64,000 bases of DNA, from positions 2,110 to 66,109 of the forward strand of contig CAZKBZ010000002.1 in the NCBI GenBank assembly GCA_964551175.1, given 5' to 3'. The position numbers and the translations under genes are program-made. Origin of the DNA: an uncultured Desulfobulbus sp. (GTDB lineage Bacteria > Desulfobacterota > Desulfobulbia > Desulfobulbales > Desulfobulbaceae). This document shows positions 18,922-26,936 of this stretch, piece after piece. The notes below the pieces were generated by a model, which had not been told where the DNA came from, searched no databases, and worked only from the letters and a program-made list of their open reading frames with translations. Each line of letters opens with the position of its first letter. Position 1 is the stretch's first letter.

Positions 18922-19671
18922 TTACCGGACGGGTTCCGAATCCGGCCTGTTTTTCACGACCCTGGCCGGGATGCCCATGCAGATGCTATAGTCCGGAACA
19001 GACTTTGTTAGAACCGATCCGGCAGCGGCAACAGCTCCCCGGCCAACTTCCACTCCTCCGAGTACCGTTACTCTGCCTCCGAGCCAGACGTCATCGGCCA
19101 GTTTGACACCATTATCAAACAGTATTCCCTGTTTCCGGATGGGTATGCCACGAAGCTGAACATTATAGCTCCCTCCTCCGACAATAAAACATTGCTGGCC
19201 AATAATGTTGTCTCTACCGATCACCACAGGGCAGTCATGGGTTGACTGAATAATCGTCTGAGCGTTAATACCGGTATCTTCGCCGATGGTGATAGTACCT
19301 TCCTTGCACGACAGCATAACGTTATTGGAAAGAATAACATTACTGGCCAGGGAAATAGTTGTCTGCTTGTCTGCACTACGGCCATCCAAGATACAGTATT
19401 CACTGATAACTACCTTTTCACCGAGATGTATGCGGGAAGGATGGCGCAGTACAATACCGCAACCGAACATAACTCCACGTTGGCAGGATCCAAACAGCCG
19501 CGGCCAGAAAATCTTGCGCAACGCCATGCCCAAGGCACCGGGAATAGGGGCAAGACACTGGCACCATTCAAAGTATATCAGGCGGGATAGAGAAGGAGAA
19601 CCAACAACAACCTCTTTATATTTACTAACGGCAGACCCTTGTCCGGTTATTGCTTTGTGTGTTTTTTTCAT
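18922..19671 (-). CDS. Hexapeptide-repeat (left-handed beta-helix) acyl/acetyltransferase
   Basis: Imperfect hexapeptide repeats run through the C-terminal 170 aa (VWLGGRVTVLGGVEVGRGAVAAAGSVL). Confidence 0.8.
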   Translation of the reverse strand: MKKTHKAITGQGSAVSKYKEVVVGSPSLSRLIYFEWCQCLAPIPGALGMALRKIFWPRLFGSCQRGVMFGCGIVLRHPSRIHLGEKVVISEYCILDGRSADKQTTISLASNVILSNNVMLSCKEGTITIGEDTGINAQTIIQSTHDCPVVIGRDNIIGQQCFIVGGGSYNVQLRGIPIRKQGILFDNGVKLADDVWLGGRVTVLGGVEVGRGAVAAAGSVLTKSVPDYSICMGIPARVVKNRPDSEPVR

Positions 19672-21098
19672 GGATTGGCCTGGTTCTCTTTCTCTACTTT
19701 ATAGAATTTTTCCCAACGGGCATCCTTCAGTTCATCAACCCTAACGGGACGTGCATCCTTACAGCTGCTGCCAACACGGACCTCTGGCTGCATAACATAC
19801 TGATGGCTGGGCAGATGGAGTACAATATATTTATTGTTGTTTAACAAATCTTCCTGCTCGTAGAAATGAACAGCATTAACAAATTCCTGCATTCCTGCAA
19901 TAGGCTTGATCCAGCCATATTTGGGATACTTAATGTTGACCGCTGCAACAATTCCGACAAAAAAGAAAACAAAAACAATTACAACCGGTCCTTTTGGTTG
20001 GTATAATATACAGATACGATCAACAACATAGAGAAGAAACAGCAGCCAGAAAAAAACAGATACCAACCGATGGCAGTCACTGGTAAACAAATATTGAGGA
20101 AATTTAACACTTAAAAAAAAAAGTGCCAACGAACTGAAAATCAGGGAAAATATAATAAGAATATTTTTAGAATAGCAGATGTCTCTGCGAAAAAAAAACA
20201 GTGAAAACACTACTGCTACTAAGACTACAGCTCCCCAGTACAAGGCAACATGATCAAACAACCTCAGGAAGGCAACTTTTTCTACCATTACCTGAAAATA
20301 ACGCTTAACAACCCATAACTTCAGCTGGGTCAACTTTGAGGTCTGAGCTTCAACCGTGCAGAAATAAATTAGTGTTGACATGATACCAAGCAGAATCAAC
20401 ATATTTTTTTTATGGTTACGATAAAGCAGAATATGTAATAATCCTGCCGGAATCAATAATACGGAATAAGGTCCAGACCATGGCAAAAGAACAAACAGCA
20501 TGCCCATGGACACTGTTCCGAACCTGGTTCGCGGATCCGGAAAGAACAAAAGGCAGAATAGCACCAGAACACCCGTGTACATAATATAGATCAGGGTGTT
20601 ATAATAATAGATATGATTAAGACCGCACAAACCAAGAACTGTCGGGCCGATGAGAAGAACAACTCTGCTGCGCATGAGACCTGAAAAAAAGATGCAGGAT
20701 GCGGCTGCAACAGCTACGCAAAAGCCCCACCACTGATACGCGTATGGTTGCATCCTGACATCCAGCCGGGAAAACAGCCATGAAAAAAAATTCGCTGGTA
20801 CAGTTAAATAATTCTGTCCTATATGACTGGAAAAAACAGAGGCCAGGTCCCGTGAATGTCCGTAATAATAACTGAAAAGCAGGGAATCCTCCATATATAA
20901 ACCCGGTGTTTTCAAGGTCTGCCATGAACGGATAAGGTTAATCACAACAAGAAAAAAAACTCCGGCCACGGCCCAGGTAAAGTTCGTTTCTTTCTTCCCG
21001 GAAGGATAACCGGTAGATGATTGGTACTCCAGCGAATGGAGCTGAAACTTTCCAGTATGTGTCATGTCAATCAGATTAGAGGAAAAGAAGGAACTCAA
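19668..21098 (-). CDS. Uncharacterised polytopic membrane protein (paralogue of 25377..26768)
   Basis: About 11-12 TM helices. It aligns clearly with the 25377 ORF (PGLYMEDSLLFSYYYG / PGMYMEDATHYFNIYYG; SRLDVRMQPYAY / SKLDVRMVTWAY; GLNHIYYYNTL / SMNHIYYYTSL; C-terminal VRVGS..DAR). Confidence 0.6.
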   Translation of the reverse strand: MSSFFSSNLIDMTHTGKFQLHSLEYQSSTGYPSGKKETNFTWAVAGVFFLVVINLIRSWQTLKTPGLYMEDSLLFSYYYGHSRDLASVFSSHIGQNYLTVPANFFSWLFSRLDVRMQPYAYQWWGFCVAVAAASCIFFSGLMRSRVVLLIGPTVLGLCGLNHIYYYNTLIYIMYTGVLVLFCLLFFPDPRTRFGTVSMGMLFVLLPWSGPYSVLLIPAGLLHILLYRNHKKNMLILLGIMSTLIYFCTVEAQTSKLTQLKLWVVKRYFQVMVEKVAFLRLFDHVALYWGAVVLVAVVFSLFFFRRDICYSKNILIIFSLIFSSLALFFLSVKFPQYLFTSDCHRLVSVFFWLLFLLYVVDRICILYQPKGPVVIVFVFFFVGIVAAVNIKYPKYGWIKPIAGMQEFVNAVHFYEQEDLLNNNKYIVLHLPSHQYVMQPEVRVGSSCKDARPVRVDELKDARWEKFYKVEKENQANP

Positions 21099-21261
21099 CT
21101 GAAAGCTAGTTTCCTACATGTGGTGAAGGCTCTTCGGATAATTAAATATTCAGGCAACTACCTATACTTACTGAATAATAAACAGATTGACAGGCCGCCA
21201 ATATCCAACAAAAACAGAATAGCTGCTTTGTCTGATTGTTAACCAGAAAACTTTTCTCCAA

Positions 21262-21305
21262 AAAACACATTAAAAAAGGTCGACCCCTAAGGCAGGAATC
21301 GACCT
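21262..21305 (-). terminator. Rho-independent terminator after the SGNH hydrolase gene
   Basis: On the minus strand, AGGTCGA pairs with TCGACCT as a 7-bp stem (21277-21283 / 21299-21305) followed by TTTTTTAATGTGTTTTTT. It starts 27 nt after the stop at 21332. Confidence 0.55.
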
Positions 21306-21331
21306 TATTATATTTATGGCATACTTTATTA

Positions 21332-22363
21332 TCAAGTCTTGCACAGCGCCTTTTTTCGCTCAAGTAAAAAAAGAAAAAACATTGATAACGAAAAGATAAC
21401 AAAAAGCAACAGCATGTAACTTTCATGCAACACCAAGTAAGCTAAACAGATTAAAGGATAAAGCAAAAATCGGACCAACATTTTTACAATATCATGACGA
21501 TCAATAAAGTCGGCTATTGGAGGTGAGTAACGATAGTACATCTGTACAAATAGTTTGCCTGGCCTATTGGTCAGCAAACATTGGTCCCGAAACTTCCTTA
21601 ACACCATTACCTGGGGTTGAAAAGCGGTACCAAAAGCGGCTGTGGCGATAAAACAGCCACCACCGCCGCCACCGCCGCCACCGCCGCCACCGCCATAGGG
21701 TAACGCAGCTGCAAAACCCTGGGCCAATACGCCAGCCCCCTCATTATTGGGATGAACACCATCCACGCTCAATGCCTTCCAGTTGCCGATAACGCTCCCG
21801 TAGGAATCAACAAAAGGAACTGCCTTTTCCTGCCCCAACCCAATGATGGGAGGATTATAACTATCAGGAATAGCCGAACCGAGTCCGTCGTTACGATGAT
21901 TAGGTGTTATTGTGGAGAGTATCGGTATGGCTCCGGAAGCCATACTTTTGTCAAGCATTCTAGCTAAATTAAATTTCACGGTTGAAGGAGAGTATCCCCA
22001 AAAGGCATCATTTGCCCCTTCCATAATAATTATGTACTGAGGGTGATTTGATTGCAGAACACCATCTATTCTACCTACTCCTCCCCTGGTTGTTTCACCG
22101 TCAAGTCCCTGGTTTACGACATTAACACCATCGCCGACCATTCCCTGTAAATGAGCAGAATATGGTATCTGGCCATGGCCGGTTGTAATAGAGTCACCGA
22201 ATGCAACAACAGTGTCGGCATCTGACATTTTTGGAAGGACAAGCAATAAAATAAAACCGACCCCAACTAAACGATGAATTTTTTTTATAACTGAATAAAA
22301 CACAGCTACCTCTTTACTGTAATTGTATCTGGCCTTCAAAGCACAGAAGATTGGAAAAAACAC
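21332..22363 (-). CDS. Secreted SGNH/GDSL esterase with Gly13 linker and CFI-box-type C-terminal membrane domain
   Basis: SGNH blocks FGDSIT, GLDGETT, MEGANDA and DGVHPN. These are followed by 13 consecutive Gly, then CFIATAAFG...[33 protein letters not shown] plus terminal hydrophobic helices. The start codon is uncertain. Confidence 0.75.
   Translation of the reverse strand: MFFPIFCALKARYNYSKEVAVFYSVIKKIHRLVGVGFILLLVLPKMSDADTVVAFGDSITTGHGQIPYSAHLQGMVGDGVNVVNQGLDGETTRGGVGRIDGVLQSNHPQYIIIMEGANDAFWGYSPSTVKFNLARMLDKSMASGAIPILSTITPNHRNDGLGSAIPDSYNPPIIGLGQEKAVPFVDSYGSVIGNWKALSVDGVHPNNEGAGVLAQGFAAALPYGGGGGGGGGGGGGCFIATAAFGTAFQPQVMVLRKFRDQCLLTNRPGKLFVQMYYRYSPPIADFIDRHDIVKMLVRFLLYPLICLAYLVLHESYMLLLFVIFSLSMFFLFLLERKKALCKT
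21656..21694 (-). repeat. Simple GGC/GGT codon repeat encoding Gly13
   Basis: Thirteen consecutive GCC/ACC triplets on the plus strand. These are Gly codons on the minus strand inside the SGNH gene. Confidence 0.95.
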
Positions 22364-22448
22364 AAAAAATGTGACCTAACCAGAAACAGAATGATAGACG
22401 ATTAACCCTGAAAATAACCCGCCTTATATCAATAGTACTCTCTCCAAA

Positions 22449-23228
22449 TTATTCGTCTTGAAAAATCCGAAAAAAAGCCTGACGTGTATCCTTAATGAAA
22501 TCAGGATAGTCTATCTGTTTTTCGATCGACAAACCTTGAACCATCGTTTTCTGTGATTCCGGACCAACTATCTGCTCAGGTCCCCAACCATTGCCAGTCC
22601 AGAAAGACTGCAACATGACATACTTGCCGGACCGGTACCCTTCCCAGTTGACCATCAAAGTTCCAATTTCATCAACTGATATAACAGGAAGAACATCTGG
22701 CACCTCATTGGATTTATTAACTTGTTTCGGCCTTTGCCATTTCCCATCCAAAAATCTTGTGGAGTATATTTCATCATTGGAAATACCGTCGTTAGCCGAC
22801 CAAACCACCCATGGTACTCCACCGTCATCTACAATAACGGTTGGAGCAATATTAGATGATAACTCCGTAGGAAGAACTTGCGGTTCCAACCACTCGCCAT
22901 TGTCATTGGTCGTATAATGAATTTCAGACTCGCCCTGTTCAATAGCCGTCCAGAACAACCATATTTTTCCATCTGCGCCGGAATCAAGACATGGGTGCAG
23001 ATTATCCGCATTATCATCAGTAATTTTCTGTGGTGCAATCCAGTTTCCATTACGCTGTGCAGTGAAATACAACTCATGCCTCAAGCCATCAGACTCTGCC
23101 CAAACCAGATCAATTTTTTTTGCCTTGTCACTGTTGCTAACAGTTGCAGACGACATGGACAAACTGGAGACAAAAATTATCACAGCAAGGGTAACTACTG
23201 CTTTCAATCCGATACTTTCACCAATCAC
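22449..23228 (-). CDS. Secreted protein built from four ~50-aa W-rich beta-propeller-like repeats
   Basis: N-terminal signal peptide, then four repeats with the pattern h-h-W...G...E-h-Y.....G-W..P (KIDLVWAESDG.., KIWLFWTAIEQG.., VPWVVWSANDG.., TLMVNWEGYRSG..). Confidence 0.6.
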   Translation of the reverse strand: MIGESIGLKAVVTLAVIIFVSSLSMSSATVSNSDKAKKIDLVWAESDGLRHELYFTAQRNGNWIAPQKITDDNADNLHPCLDSGADGKIWLFWTAIEQGESEIHYTTNDNGEWLEPQVLPTELSSNIAPTVIVDDGGVPWVVWSANDGISNDEIYSTRFLDGKWQRPKQVNKSNEVPDVLPVISVDEIGTLMVNWEGYRSGKYVMLQSFWTGNGWGPEQIVGPESQKTMVQGLSIEKQIDYPDFIKDTRQAFFRIFQDE

Positions 23229-23363
23229 TCTGCAACTCCATTTGTATTATATTTTACCAGTACAACCGGCAGCGAGGTAGCTAGTCCTAAAGCTGTTTGA
23301 TTTCTTAAGAGATCCAATACAATGTTTATTGTTATTTAGAAGCAATTCACAAAGCAACAGCTG

Positions 23364-25232
23364 TCAGGTACCATATTTTGCAATCTCATACAAGCCGACA
23401 AAAACAAAATTATAAACACTCAACAAAAACATTACCAATATCAGAAAATGAAAAACCGGGCGAATCAAACACCTTTCCACATGACAGATATAAACTGAAC
23501 ACATTGCAAGAATCGGTAAAAAATAGCGCCCTTGGGCTTGGAAATCAACAGTCCAGGCATGATACATGGCCACTACCACCAGAGCCAGGCTGACGGAAAG
23601 AGTGATCATCAACAACAACACACCGGATAGACCTCCTCTGACCAGGACTGGAAGTATTATTGCAGCAAGTAAAAACAGCCCGAATATTCGCACAATATCG
23701 TAATAAATTGAAGGTCCGGAGATAGAAACATAACCATATACACCAAACGATGTTCTAAACGATTTTTCTCCCCACCGATCTTTCTGAAGGAAATGCTTCA
23801 GGGTTGTCCCCCTGTCCTTCATTTGCAAATATCCGTGTTTTAAAGGCAATGGAGTACTTGGTTTATACATATCAAGGGCAAGATGCTCCCGAGCCTCGAA
23901 CAACTTTTCTCCTCTGTCAAAGCCATTGACGTAATAATCTACTCCTCTGGACAGACCAAAAACAGAAAAAGCCACCAGGAGAACTGAACTCAAACGAAAC
24001 AAAAACTTGGCGTCAGCTGTCCAATCAGAAAAAACCACCTTCCACAGGCAAAACAAAAACAAAAACACATAGAAAAAATAAAAATTCTTTTTCAGCAGCA
24101 ACATCACGCCAAGCAGAAGACCTGTCAGCAGAAAATAATACCAGGTTTTCCTTGTCATGCCTTTACGAAGCAGGATATTCAACATGGAATCAGCAACAGC
24201 AACCTGGTAGCCGACAAGCAGAATAACAAACAAGGCAAAGGCGTCAGAATTAAAATAACTGAAAACATACCAGGTCTGTGGCGAGATGAGGACCGGCAAC
24301 AAAACAAGGCGAAACTCCATTTTTTTCAGTGCACCCAGCAGTAGGATGGAGAAAAGAAAAATATTAAAAAAACGAAGGATCAGAAAAGAAGGCTGGTACA
24401 GAGGTTCGGCAAGCTTCAAAAATTTACCGGCCAAAAAATAGACAATCTCACCTGAATGCAACCTGGAAACACCATAATTGCTGTATGTGTGAAGAATCTC
24501 CGGATCTTCAATTCTTGGGGGCAGGGTATGATTCTGATAATACTCGGCAGCATAGATATGAACAAACTCATCCGGATGCTTATTGTACTTACTTACTTCA
24601 GCCATAACAATGATCAAGGCAAAAACAAACACCAGGAGACAGTTGACATATAGATACTGCTCTGTGATTCCGGAAAAAACCCATGCCAGCAGATAAACGG
24701 AAATAAATATGCAGCCCATCCTAACCGTTTCCGACAGCAATGTGGAAGTCCTTGTTATTTCCGGCAACTGGAGTAGTAGTTGCGGATCCCGTCCTTCCGG
24801 GATGACGACGAGGCCCGTGTCATCAAGGGTCAACTTCCGTATCCCTTCGATCTCGACCAACTGGTCTAAGCCTGATTTGCTGTCGTATTTAAAAGTCGGA
24901 TAGCCCTCCTGTTTAATCACTAAAGATTTTAAAGTTACCCGTGCCGGCCGTTCTGAGGTATCAATTCGTATGCTTGACACCTTATCTAAATTACAGATAT
25001 GAAACCTGTAGATATTCAAACCTGGTCTAATTCTGATACGAACCATATTTTCCTCAGAGTAAAATCCGGATTCATTCAGCCAGTACACTTTCAGGACTGT
25101 CTGCTTATCTGTTTCCAGATCCAACTCGATAACCGCTTTCCGGACCAGTAACCCGTGATACAGTATGGACAAAAGAACCCCGGCCAACAGCAAGGCAATA
25201 TATTTTTTTATCTCAAATTTCTGTTCCATCAT
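23364..25232 (-). CDS. Large polytopic membrane protein, possible GT-C-type glycosyltransferase or polymerase, with N-terminal extracytoplasmic domain
   Basis: One TM helix, then a ~125-aa soluble domain, then about 12 TM helices. An acidic loop, KHPDEFVHIYAAEYY, follows the first helix of the polytopic block and resembles GT-C loop-1 motifs. No cytoplasmic catalytic domain is apparent. Confidence 0.5.
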   Translation of the reverse strand: MMEQKFEIKKYIALLLAGVLLSILYHGLLVRKAVIELDLETDKQTVLKVYWLNESGFYSEENMVRIRIRPGLNIYRFHICNLDKVSSIRIDTSERPARVTLKSLVIKQEGYPTFKYDSKSGLDQLVEIEGIRKLTLDDTGLVVIPEGRDPQLLLQLPEITRTSTLLSETVRMGCIFISVYLLAWVFSGITEQYLYVNCLLVFVFALIIVMAEVSKYNKHPDEFVHIYAAEYYQNHTLPPRIEDPEILHTYSNYGVSRLHSGEIVYFLAGKFLKLAEPLYQPSFLILRFFNIFLFSILLLGALKKMEFRLVLLPVLISPQTWYVFSYFNSDAFALFVILLVGYQVAVADSMLNILLRKGMTRKTWYYFLLTGLLLGVMLLLKKNFYFFYVFLFLFCLWKVVFSDWTADAKFLFRLSSVLLVAFSVFGLSRGVDYYVNGFDRGEKLFEAREHLALDMYKPSTPLPLKHGYLQMKDRGTTLKHFLQKDRWGEKSFRTSFGVYGYVSISGPSIYYDIVRIFGLFLLAAIILPVLVRGGLSGVLLLMITLSVSLALVVVAMYHAWTVDFQAQGRYFLPILAMCSVYICHVERCLIRPVFHFLILVMFLLSVYNFVFVGLYEIAKYGT

Positions 25233-25376
25233 GCCTGTATCAACAACCGAAGTTGTCCCGCATCTCCACAGGAGACATTTTGTTCCGAAACTCCGTTATT
25301 CCATTGACCTGAAGTGGCCAACAGGTTTCATTAGTCCTGTAAAAGGACACCCTTTGGACTCACATTTTTAGCGATC

Positions 25377-26768
25377 ATGAAACAACCTTCAGACTTCTTT
25401 CAATTTTCCCGGCCGAATTTTCTGTCCAGAGAATTGTATCCGATCCCCGACAAGAAGGATCTGCAAATACAGCTCCCCTTGATCGGAGGAGCTGTAATCC
25501 TGTATCTGCTGACTCTGGCCTTTCGTTCCTGGCCAAATCTGATTCACCCCGGAATGTATATGGAAGATGCCACCCATTACTTTAATATATACTATGGAGG
25601 TAATCGCGACCTATCATTTATACTGCAACACCCCAATGGATACTATAATATCTTGAACAATCTGGTCGCCTGGCTTTCCTCAAAACTCGACGTTCGGATG
25701 GTGACATGGGCATACCATCTCTTTTCCCTAACTACCGGTATTGTATGCGCTGTTCTCTTCCTCTTTACCGGATTGATAAAAAATCGCCTGCTGCTGCTTA
25801 TCACCCCGATAGTCTTGGGCCTTTCCAGCATGAACCATATTTACTACTACACCTCTCTCACCTTTCAAATGTATAATGTTGTTATTATACTGCTCATCCT
25901 CCTGTTTCTGCCCGGACCGGAATCATTTTTCAGTCTGGTTTGCAAAACAGCCCTGGCTACTCTTCTTATCTGGTCGGGTCCATACTCCGTAGTTGCTGTA
26001 CCTGTCTCCCTCGTCAGCATGGTCATGTTCAAAGGAAAATACAGAAATATATGGCTTATGTGGGTCATCATATGTTCTATCGGTTACTCCCTTTCCGTTC
26101 AAGGAGGGATGATACGTTTAGCGACGTTCAGTGATGCGGGTGCCAGACATTCAATGATTTCAACCCTGTTTACAAAAATTTTCTTCATGGATATGCTGGG
26201 ATCACTCTCAACGTATAAGATGAGTATCTTGTTGTTGATCATTGCGGCCATTTTTCTTTTTCTAAGAAAAAATTCCACCTATCTGAAAATTTCAATATTA
26301 CTGTTTGGTATTATCATCGGATCACTGGCACCCCTGTTTCTAAGCGTCAAGTACCTGCTTTATCAGCAAGTCTTTCCCTGTCACATCTATATCGCTCAAT
26401 TCTTCTGGCTGGTCTTTGTTCTCTATACGATCGATCAATTCATGCCGGTACTGAAAAAAACAGCACATTTTTTCCCCCCTGCAGTTGTCGCTGCCATCCT
26501 CTGCTTTGTCCTTGCGGACAATCTCAAACATCCGGCAAAAGGAAAACGAGAAATTATGACAAATTTACCGGATTTTCTTGCAACCATACACAGAGTCGAA
26601 CAGCTATCTCTTATTGATAACAACCAATACGTAGTGTTGAAAACCAACAACATTATTCCCAAGGGCATGCATCCCATGGTACGGGTTGGCAGTCTGCGCC
26701 ATGATGCTCGTCGTCTGCGCCGATCTGAAGTAAAAATATCAAAGGGGAAAGAGTTTATCATCGACTGA
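25377..26768 (+). CDS. Uncharacterised polytopic membrane protein (paralogue of 19668..21098)
   Basis: See 19668..21098. The topology and conserved blocks match. It is transcribed divergently from 23364..25232. Confidence 0.6.
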   Translation: MKQPSDFFQFSRPNFLSRELYPIPDKKDLQIQLPLIGGAVILYLLTLAFRSWPNLIHPGMYMEDATHYFNIYYGGNRDLSFILQHPNGYYNILNNLVAWLSSKLDVRMVTWAYHLFSLTTGIVCAVLFLFTGLIKNRLLLLITPIVLGLSSMNHIYYYTSLTFQMYNVVIILLILLFLPGPESFFSLVCKTALATLLIWSGPYSVVAVPVSLVSMVMFKGKYRNIWLMWVIICSIGYSLSVQGGMIRLATFSDAGARHSMISTLFTKIFFMDMLGSLSTYKMSILLLIIAAIFLFLRKNSTYLKISILLFGIIIGSLAPLFLSVKYLLYQQVFPCHIYIAQFFWLVFVLYTIDQFMPVLKKTAHFFPPAVVAAILCFVLADNLKHPAKGKREIMTNLPDFLATIHRVEQLSLIDNNQYVVLKTNNIIPKGMHPMVRVGSLRHDARRLRRSEVKISKGKEFIID

Positions 26769-26936
26769 TGTTGGGAAAAAACTCTATCAGGGGTAACCAC
26801 AAAACCTCGAAAAAGTTCTCCAGCACCCCTTGGAATCCGCCGGTCCTCCTGAACGAATCAGGGCCAGCAGAAGCCTATTGCAAACTCTATGTAGATTCAA
26901 CGACATATTGCCGGTAACGCGAAATGATTATTTCTT

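Noticed and set aside
21656-21694. Triplet repeat as a possible CRISPR or intergenic microsatellite
   Set aside because: It lies in frame inside a CDS and simply encodes Gly13. There is no spacer-repeat organisation.
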